This document shows, in pieces, positions 57,228-64,000 of a stretch of 64,000 nucleotides of DNA; position 1 is the first letter of the stretch, and each line of letters begins with the position of its first letter. The translations under genes were made by a program, and so were the position numbers. Source of the stretch: a virus; IMG/VR virus record IMGVR_UViG_3300044981_000204, positions 32,001-96,000 of that record; one strand, 5' to 3'. The notes under the pieces are model-generated. The model saw only the letters and a list, made by a program, of their open reading frames with translations, did not search any database and was not told the origin of the DNA.

Positions 57228-57494
57228 CTATCCCACGACCTCGCCCGATGCTTCGGGCATCTCGTACCCCACAAATGTGAACCTCTCCACCGTGCGCCCG
57301 TCTACGACCTCGGGAGTTAGGAACCCCTTCTCACCCTCTAGCGGCCTCGCCCTGAGCCTCAGCCCCGCGCGGCCCTCGTTGCCGGTCAGGGGGACGTAGA
57401 GGACCAGCTTCTCGTCCCTCTCAGTGTGCTGTGCTATTCCTATGACCTGGTAGTATTCTCCCTTGTGGTGCCTATATATCCCTGTGACCACCAT
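57228..57494 (-). CDS. DUF1653-family protein
   Basis: GIYRHHKG..Y.V..IA.HTE....V.Y...RP...F...RF pattern. Confidence 0.85.
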   Translation of the reverse strand: MVVTGIYRHHKGEYYQVIGIAQHTERDEKLVLYVPLTGNEGRAGLRLRARPLEGEKGFLTPEVVDGRTVERFTFVGYEMPEASGEVVG

Positions 57495-57497
57495 GAT

Positions 57498-58193
57498 TCA
57501 CCTCCTGTTCATCTTCCTTACTAAGCTAAAACCCCTGGGACCATCCAAGTGGACCCGGTACTCCTCTTCGGCGTCCACCTCCGGCACTATCCAACCCTCC
57601 GCGCAGCTATCGTGGTACACGTACACCGCACCCGGCTTCACGAGGAACTTCTCCTGGGCCCTCGAGGCGTACGAGCTATCTATGAATACCAGGTCAGCCA
57701 TAGGGAGCTCTCGCAGCTCCAACGACGGGCAGCACCTTATCTCCACCGGGAAACCCGCACAAACCTTCTTGGCGTAGGCCACCATGGCCTCGTCCACGTC
57801 TGACGAGACCACCCGACCAAAGCCGTTGGTCCAGCACCCGGCGCCAAGGGCGCGAGCCATTAGTCCGACGTTAGTCCCGGTCTCCACGACGAGCCTTGGC
57901 TTGAGCTGCACGACCATGGTGAACATGTGCGCCAGAAGTTCCAGCTCTCCTTGGATCAGCTCTTGGGGCATTGGATAGGGTTCACCATTGAGGACTCCAA
58001 TGTGCCAGGGGTTTGGGTGGTGTTCTGTCTTGGGGACGTCCGAGTATTGGAGGTTCACGAAGTGGGAGTTTCCGAATGTTGGGCACGGCTCCAACTGGTC
58101 TACAGCTATAGCGGCCGCGAACCCAACCCTCAAGCGGCGTAGGAATTCAAGGCTCACCTTGGGAACTCCAGTTGGTGCTCGGGCAACATCCAA
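57498..58193 (-). CDS. Class I SAM-dependent methyltransferase (type 24-like)
   Basis: KP..VVETGT..G, DLVFIDS and HDS motifs. Confidence 0.75.
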   Translation of the reverse strand: MDVARAPTGVPKVSLEFLRRLRVGFAAAIAVDQLEPCPTFGNSHFVNLQYSDVPKTEHHPNPWHIGVLNGEPYPMPQELIQGELELLAHMFTMVVQLKPRLVVETGTNVGLMARALGAGCWTNGFGRVVSSDVDEAMVAYAKKVCAGFPVEIRCCPSLELRELPMADLVFIDSSYASRAQEKFLVKPGAVYVYHDSCAEGWIVPEVDAEEEYRVHLDGPRGFSLVRKMNRR

Positions 58194-58987
58194 TCGTCGA
58201 GCTTTGCTAGCTCCCCATCCTGGAGCCTTGCCACTATCCTGTAGCTCCCCGAGGACTTCCCGTCGCTATAGACGAGCCCAAGCTGGGTCTCGTCGAAAGA
58301 TTCGGGACTCTCGTGGACGCCCCCCTCCCTCCCGATGTTTTGGCACCTCGAGAGGACCGGGTGGAGGGCCCTCCTTTGCTCGAGCCTCATGGCATATGAT
58401 AGGGAGAAATCCCAACCCGTCGGGGCCACCCTCTTCCTGTGCCAGGAGGATTTTATGAACGGCCACTGCCACCTGGTCGCGCACCACGCGAAGGGGGAGG
58501 TGATTATGCCCGACTCGGCCAACATCTCGGGGTCGTCCGGCATGCCCCCGGGGTTTGACCCACGACCGAACTCTCGGTGGTTGCACATCGACATCAGCGT
58601 GTAGTCAGACAGCGGACCGCCGTGGGACTCGTGGAACCACGAGGAGAGCCTCAGGGCGTCGGGCCTGAGGCAGGCGTCGTCCTCAAGGGCGAGGTTTAGG
58701 TCTGACCCGTGCTCCTCGAACGCCCTCTGCATGGCTACTAGCGGGTTTCCCGCGACCCCGAACTTGCACGAGTTCTCATACACGTGGCACCCGGCTATCC
58801 CCTGGCTCGACGTGAAGTACGCCGCTTCGTCCGCGACCCTAAGGACGCTTGGGTTGCCCGGGTCCACGCAGATGATCACCTCTTCGAACATAGGAACGCT
58901 CTCAGAAACCAGCGCATCCAGGAGGGACTGCATCACCATGGATAGGTACTGGGGTCGGTTGTGGGCGACGACCGTCACGGTCCTCAT
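58154..58987 (-). CDS. GT-A fold glycosyltransferase (GT2/GT13-like)
   Basis: NRPQYL, LEDD, GWD and SR.QNIG..GG motifs. Confidence 0.75.
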   Translation of the reverse strand: MRTVTVVAHNRPQYLSMVMQSLLDALVSESVPMFEEVIICVDPGNPSVLRVADEAAYFTSSQGIAGCHVYENSCKFGVAGNPLVAMQRAFEEHGSDLNLALEDDACLRPDALRLSSWFHESHGGPLSDYTLMSMCNHREFGRGSNPGGMPDDPEMLAESGIITSPFAWCATRWQWPFIKSSWHRKRVAPTGWDFSLSYAMRLEQRRALHPVLSRCQNIGREGGVHESPESFDETQLGLVYSDGKSSGSYRIVARLQDGELAKLDDWMLPEHQLEFPR

Positions 58988-59820
58988 CTGCTGATCAACC
59001 TTTTCGCCACTATCTGGGCCACGGACCTGTCCATCGGGGCATCTAGTGGATAGGCGTCGTTCCACACTGGCGCGAACGTGAGCGAGTGTGCGACCGCAGA
59101 AGCGGCAAACCTCATAGAGATATCGAGGGACCTCGACACCCGGTCGCGGCCCTCGACGTCGAAGAGGGCACAATACGACGCAACGAACGAGGCGAACGCC
59201 GTGTCTCCCGCGCCGGCCACGTTCTTTACCTTGCCGGCGAATGACCTAACCGACGCTATGTGGATACCTAGTCCGTAGGCGCTAGCCCCGCCCTCACCTC
59301 GCTTGATGACGCACAACTTTGCAGTGCTGTAGGCATCCTTGTGGTTGTAGAATTCTGCATAATTCGGGAACATCCCGTCGACCCAGCCGCTCCAGTTCTC
59401 GGGACGCACCTTGCAATCCACGAAGGTCGGAAGCTCCAACAGGCGCACGTGGTCTACGACGGACCTATCTATTGATCCCTTCCCATAGTCGGACACCAGA
59501 ACAGCGCAGCACCCTTGAGCGGCGCCTATAAGCTCCGGTATTAGGAGAGGCTCCAACACCTCGTCGACGTCGAACCTCGCAACGACGCCGTCGTCGTCCA
59601 CCAGCCTCGACTTCACGATCTTACCACTAGCTTGGGAGACCAGGCGGACTTCCGCCCCCATCGCCTCGAGGTTCTCCGCGACGTTGCCGGCGCCGCCGGG
59701 GAGGTCGATGGTCCTATTGACGCTAAGGAGCGGGGACCTATGGCTTTCCGGGTTCAGCCTCTTAATGGACCCAACGTGGTACCTGTCCACCATCAGGTCT
59801 CCCACCACTAGGAACCTCAA
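58984..59820 (-). CDS. HldE/RfaE-type heptose-7-phosphate kinase (PfkB family)
   Basis: VVGD.MVDRY..G...R.NPE, PGGAGNVA.NL, SDYGKG and GAGDT motifs. Confidence 0.85.
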   Translation of the reverse strand: MRFLVVGDLMVDRYHVGSIKRLNPESHRSPLLSVNRTIDLPGGAGNVAENLEAMGAEVRLVSQASGKIVKSRLVDDDGVVARFDVDEVLEPLLIPELIGAAQGCCAVLVSDYGKGSIDRSVVDHVRLLELPTFVDCKVRPENWSGWVDGMFPNYAEFYNHKDAYSTAKLCVIKRGEGGASAYGLGIHIASVRSFAGKVKNVAGAGDTAFASFVASYCALFDVEGRDRVSRSLDISMRFAASAVAHSLTFAPVWNDAYPLDAPMDRSVAQIVAKRLISR

Positions 59821-60362
59821 GACTTCTTCTCCTGGTCCGCTACGGCTAGAGCCGCCGCCAAAAAGTTCGGGAAGTATGAGTGCTCGAGGGGGCTAAGGTC
59901 GGACCTGACCTTCTTCCGGTTCAACTTCGGGATTCCGGCCGCCTCGGCGGCCAACGAGTCGGTCTCAGAGTCGCCGACCATATAACTGCGCCCTAGGTCT
60001 ATGTTGAGGTCCCTAGCCGCATCTAGTATCATCCCGGGCTTAGGCTTGCGGCACTCGCAGCCGAAATCTGGCCGATGTGGGCATAGGTAGGTTGCCGCAA
60101 CGCGCACTCCGCAGGCCTCGACCAATAGGTCGTTTAGGCGGTCTGTTTGTTCAGAAAAATCCTCAATGGAGATAAAGCCAAGGCCAATGCCGCCCTGGTT
60201 GGTCACCACTATCGGCACCAACAATTGCGCCGCAAGGACGACCATGCCATCGGCCACGGTCGGGAGGAGCTCAACCTCGTCGGCGGTGTTGGCTGGCCTA
60301 CCTCCATAGGCCCTGATTAGGGTTCCGTCCCTATCCAAGAAAACTGCCCTTATCTTGTCCAT
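59817..60362 (-). CDS. gmhB: D,D-heptose 1,7-bisphosphate phosphatase
   Basis: AVFLDRDGT, VTNQ.GI, CPH...C.CRKPKPGM and MVGD...D motifs. Confidence 0.85.
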   Translation of the reverse strand: MDKIRAVFLDRDGTLIRAYGGRPANTADEVELLPTVADGMVVLAAQLLVPIVVTNQGGIGLGFISIEDFSEQTDRLNDLLVEACGVRVAATYLCPHRPDFGCECRKPKPGMILDAARDLNIDLGRSYMVGDSETDSLAAEAAGIPKLNRKKVRSDLSPLEHSYFPNFLAAALAVADQEKKS

Positions 60363-61819
60363 AGATTCGCCCCGCTCCTCGACCAATACTTCAGCTGAAA
60401 CAGCACTGCCGACATCGGCTGGTCCCAGTTCCTGGGCTCTTTTTGCCTAAAGATGTTGACGCTGTCGTACCATTCGGTGGTGATCTTGTCCAGGCCCCAC
60501 CGCCACTCTGGCGGATTCCCCACCAACAAGCAAACTGGCAACCCTAGGCCCCCCGCAAGATGCGCGGCCGATGTGTCGCAGCTAACCAATAGGTCCATGT
60601 GGGTCAGCACAGCTGCAGTATCGTCGTAGTTCCTCAGGTCCTCGCCTAGGTCGACTATCCTATCACATAGGTCCTCGGGAAGGGCCTTGAGCTGCTTGGA
60701 TGGTTCCGCCACCTGCAGGGAGTACAGCTGCACGCCGTCCACCTGCAGGAGCTTTAAGAACTGGGCAAGCGGTAGGCTCCTAGCCGCGTCGTTGCCGTGC
60801 TTCGGGTCCCCGGCCCAGACCATGGCTACCTTCCTACTTTTGCCATCCCACCGAGAATTTACGCGATATTTCCAGACCTCACTAAGTCTTCCCGGGTCGT
60901 TCGACGCGAGTATGTGGGGCTCCCTCCGGCAGTTCTCGGGGGAGATCTTCAGCACCCTCATTATGCCAAGGAGGGACGAGTGGTGGTCGTAGTCGACCTT
61001 CATCCTTTCGTTGAAGCCCACGGCCTCATCGACGCCAGACACCCTCGACATCAACGAGGTCAGGTCTTGGGGAACTAAGAACACCAGCTTGCCGAACTTT
61101 CCTAGTTCCTTGGCTTCTGCTAGGTACCTAGAGAATTGGATAGCGTCTCCAGCTCCCTGGTCGGAGACGACCAACAGCGTCTTACCCTCGCACGTCTGGC
61201 CGGACCAGGAGTCCGACATCCCCAAACCGCGCATCTTCTCGTTGCGGTTGTAGCTTAGGCAGTACTCGTACTGGGGCCACCCTCCCGCCCAATCGCCGTA
61301 CGTCATCCTTATTAGGGCTTGGTTGAGCAGCATATGCGTGTCGCTAGGACTGAGAGCTAGCCCGCGCTCGTTCCACTCGTTCGCCTCGGCGAGTCGACCC
61401 TGGTCGTAGCATAGGATGGCCATGGACGACATGGCTGGGTAGTTCTGTGGATCTTCCTTGATGGCGTCGTTGAGGAGCTGCTTGGCTTCGTCCAACTTCC
61501 ACAGTTTCCGAGCGACCTCCGCGAGCGCGATGCGCGACCGGATGTTCGAGGCGTCCATCCTCGAGACCTCCCTGAACATCCTGTATGCGCTGTCGAACTG
61601 ACCCATTGACGAGTACAAGGCCCCGAGGTTGTACACGCTGGGATGGTTCTTCGGGTTTAGGTCTACTGACCTCTTGAAGCACTCGAACGCTCCTTCGGCG
61701 TTCTTCACCTGAACGAACTGATTACCTACGGCGAAGAGGAAGTTGCTAACGTCCTCGAGCACTCCCCTCTCCATGCGGACGTACTTAGCCTTGTCCTCCG
61801 CCGACCTCTTCTTCCTCAT
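60350..61819 (-). CDS. TPR-containing GT9-like (heptosyltransferase family) glycosyltransferase
   Basis: N-terminal TPR repeats, DQG.GDAIQF.RY, W.G.P.H.ND..RS and DL.VS.DTS.AHLAG.LG motifs. Confidence 0.8.
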   Translation of the reverse strand: MRKKRSAEDKAKYVRMERGVLEDVSNFLFAVGNQFVQVKNAEGAFECFKRSVDLNPKNHPSVYNLGALYSSMGQFDSAYRMFREVSRMDASNIRSRIALAEVARKLWKLDEAKQLLNDAIKEDPQNYPAMSSMAILCYDQGRLAEANEWNERGLALSPSDTHMLLNQALIRMTYGDWAGGWPQYEYCLSYNRNEKMRGLGMSDSWSGQTCEGKTLLVVSDQGAGDAIQFSRYLAEAKELGKFGKLVFLVPQDLTSLMSRVSGVDEAVGFNERMKVDYDHHSSLLGIMRVLKISPENCRREPHILASNDPGRLSEVWKYRVNSRWDGKSRKVAMVWAGDPKHGNDAARSLPLAQFLKLLQVDGVQLYSLQVAEPSKQLKALPEDLCDRIVDLGEDLRNYDDTAAVLTHMDLLVSCDTSAAHLAGGLGLPVCLLVGNPPEWRWGLDKITTEWYDSVNIFRQKEPRNWDQPMSAVLFQLKYWSRSGANLWTR

Positions 61820-61831
61820 CGTAGTGGTTCC

Positions 61832-61845
61832 ATTGTACCACGGGG
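61832..61845 (-). promoter_or_regulatory. Putative extended -10 promoter of the glycosylation cassette
   Basis: CCCCGTGGTACAAT on the - strand, 12 nt before the ATG at 61819. Confidence 0.55.
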
Positions 61846-62179
61846 AGTGCTCGTTGTCTCGGGGTTTGGCAACTGACCCGTGTACTTGGAGCCAAACACG
61901 TGGTATGATATTCTTGGTGCCACAAAGGCAGTCCCCACCACCGAGCACCGAACCAAGAAGCTGCAACATCTTCGCGCACCTAAGCCACGTATTGGCGTTG
62001 GCAAAGTCCATTTTCCTTTATATCCAAGGACTTAGGCGAGCTTGGTATCGGCGCGAATTGGTTCAAAATTGGCTCATGCAAGGAGCGTCGCGGTTAGGTA
62101 TCAACCACCTAGTCATCAGTATATTGGAAGATTGACGCCAATTTTGTGCAGCAATTTCAAGTAACCCACTCGAGTTGTG

Positions 62180-62295
62180 CCAATATCCCAATAACCCATA
62201 GAGCGCGCGTACACGTAAGGCGCACATTCTAAAACAACTTCAACTTTGCCCAACATCCAATATCCTTCCAATATCTTACCAATATCTCCAATAAC
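62180..62295. repeat. Iteron-like CCAATA(T/A)C direct repeats
   Basis: Copies at 62180, 62188, 62250 (CCAACATC), 62257, 62268, 62279 and 62288 in non-coding DNA. Confidence 0.75.
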
Positions 62296-62382
62296 AGGGG
62301 GCTAATCCCTCGCGCAAAGAAGAGTTCCTTTGATTTTACCTCCGTACGTAGCGTTACGCGTGCGCGCGGGCGCGGGAGGAGC

Positions 62383-62976
62383 TTATTCCCTCATCCTTAG
62401 GTTCTCGAACCTAGGGCTGTGCTCATATTCCTCGTACGAGACCTTTTCCATGATGCCCGCCTCCTGCAGCCTCTTCCTCAGGACCATGAAGAGCTTCGAG
62501 ACACCCTGCTCAGTCCTGAGCTCACGCTCCCTGAGTTCTAGGGCCTGGGTCGCCTCGGCGAGGGTCCAGATCTCCCTTCCGTCGTCTACCAATATGCGGA
62601 GGATCGCCTTGGACTGGGGGCACTGCCTCTTGACGACGGCGTCCATGGCCCGGTCCTCCCCAGGATGCCAGCACAAGTATAGCAGCTCTACCCTGCTGGA
62701 CCACCTCTTCTTCTTGACCCTGGGTCGGTCCTGGGGTTGGGGCTCCGCAGATATGAGCAGGACCTGCCACAGCCGCCTCGCGGCATCGAGCACGTCGACG
62801 GAAGGAACGACGGAAGACCCAAGGAGCTTGGACCTGAGGTGGTCCAAGCTGCCGGAGTCCGACTGCCTAGCTAGCTCCTCCGGCGAGGAGAACGTCGCGG
62901 CGTCGCCTGGTGCCTCTTCCCTGCTGGGGTACGCCTTGAGCTCTCCGGAACTAAGCAGGGAGATGACTTGCCCCAT
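62383..62976 (-). CDS. Hypothetical protein
   Basis: GGAGG upstream; start uncertain. Confidence 0.55.
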   Translation of the reverse strand: MGQVISLLSSGELKAYPSREEAPGDAATFSSPEELARQSDSGSLDHLRSKLLGSSVVPSVDVLDAARRLWQVLLISAEPQPQDRPRVKKKRWSSRVELLYLCWHPGEDRAMDAVVKRQCPQSKAILRILVDDGREIWTLAEATQALELRERELRTEQGVSKLFMVLRKRLQEAGIMEKVSYEEYEHSPRFENLRMRE

Positions 62977-63268
62977 TCCTAGGCCTCCTATTCGAGATGT
63001 TTGCTGATATGGTCCATGCGCAGATCTCATCCCTCTTCCTTGGTCGGCGCACCACGGGCTCCACGACGACCTCCACCCTTCCCTCGGGAATTAGGTCTGC
63101 GGCAACTAGCCTCACCCTGGTGGCCATGGATGAGGCCCTCGTGGAGGTGGTCACTGCGCCGAACGACACGGACAGGTATCCTGGTCTCGGGGACAATAAG
63201 GGCCTCCTAGTCAGCCCAGACTCGACCAACCAGTAGCACAACAAATCAGCCATTTCCCTAGTCCTCAT
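62951..63268 (-). CDS. Hypothetical protein
   Basis: AGGAG RBS; TAATG overlap with the upstream gene. Confidence 0.5.
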   Translation of the reverse strand: MRTREMADLLCYWLVESGLTRRPLLSPRPGYLSVSFGAVTTSTRASSMATRVRLVAADLIPEGRVEVVVEPVVRRPRKRDEICAWTISANISNRRPRNGASHLPA

Positions 63269-63849
63269 TAATTCTCCTGCAAGTTAGCGTCGACGACCGA
63301 ACTCGACACGACCGCATCGGCCACGATCTCTTCCAACAACCCAAGGGACACCAGGTGCCTCCTCCACTTCCGGAAGTGGTGGTCGTACGGGTCTGCCCGA
63401 ACCTGCCTCATCCTGAACGTGGCATAGTGCCGCCTCATCGCCATCCTTGCCTCGGCAGGAGTGAAGTCCCGGAGCCCCGCCGCGTATAGTGCTCGGACCA
63501 CGGCGACCCCCTCGGGCTTGCACACGTGGTCTATGTTCCAGGAACCGTCCCATGTGAGCTTGTACCTGACGACCTTCTTCCTGACCGAGCCCCCCAGGAA
63601 GCCAAAGACCTCAGGCCCAGACGGCAGCGGTTCGCCGCGGAGCACCACGGGCGTCCGCGGGTGCAGCGAGAAGAACCCGTCACCCGGGGCAGATGAAGCG
63701 ACCGATATGACCGTGCCGGGGGACTGTGCGAACACCTTGATGATGCGGTAGTCTGCGGTGTTGGGCATAGGTCGGTTGTTGAGGGACACCTGCTCAGGGT
63801 GTGCCGGCCGGAAGTGGGAGCCAACCGTCATGGTGCCGAGGAACCGCAT
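63268..63849 (-). CDS. Hypothetical protein
   Basis: 193-aa ORF co-oriented with its neighbours. Confidence 0.55.
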   Translation of the reverse strand: MRFLGTMTVGSHFRPAHPEQVSLNNRPMPNTADYRIIKVFAQSPGTVISVASSAPGDGFFSLHPRTPVVLRGEPLPSGPEVFGFLGGSVRKKVVRYKLTWDGSWNIDHVCKPEGVAVVRALYAAGLRDFTPAEARMAMRRHYATFRMRQVRADPYDHHFRKWRRHLVSLGLLEEIVADAVVSSSVVDANLQEN

Positions 63850-64000
63850 AGTGCTACCCTATGGATCCTTGATCAAGATGGACACAGCCAACTGGACGTC
63901 GTGCCACTGCAACCCCACGTCGGGATCGGGCATAACAAGCTGCTTGGAGAACTCCCCCAAATCGGTTGGTTCGTCGTCCACCACCACGAACGCGCCAACC

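Noticed and set aside
62180-62295. CRISPR array
   Set aside because: Repeat units are only 8 bp with no spacer-sized unique segments, and no cas genes are present.
1-64000. Stop-codon reassignment
   Set aside because: Conserved genes are full length under code 11, and TAG, TGA and TAA all end genes at sensible positions.

Overview
This window is a 64-kb internal segment of a tailed dsDNA phage genome, probably a siphovirus, and it reads cleanly under genetic code 11. Positions 1-30497 (+ strand) are a late module: tail terminator, tail tube, a G/GT tail chaperone with a -1 frameshift, a 2460-aa tape measure protein, distal tail and tail tip proteins, fibres, and several Cys-rich proteins with signal peptides. 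Positions 30622-64000 (- strand) are an early/middle module. It has replication genes (SNF2 and UvrD helicases, primase, SSB, resolvase-like nuclease, family A polymerase, two free-standing homing endonucleases) and a nucleotide-metabolism block (ThyX, a ThyA-like enzyme with the dCMP-type Asp, dNMP kinase, dCMP deaminase, MazG-like proteins, nucleotide N-glycosidase, SAM methyltransferase, UDG-like protein). It also has a heptose/glycosylation cassette (TPR-GT9, GmhB, HldE-type kinase, GT-A enzyme, two methyltransferases) and an iteron-like non-coding region. The main leads are (1) an apparently intact DEDDh 3'-5' exonuclease embedded in the tape measure protein, (2) a probable cytosine-modification pathway, (3) the heptose cassette, and (4) exported late proteins plus an antisense lipoprotein next to the tail fibre. 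All family calls come from motif recognition by eye; no database search was run.
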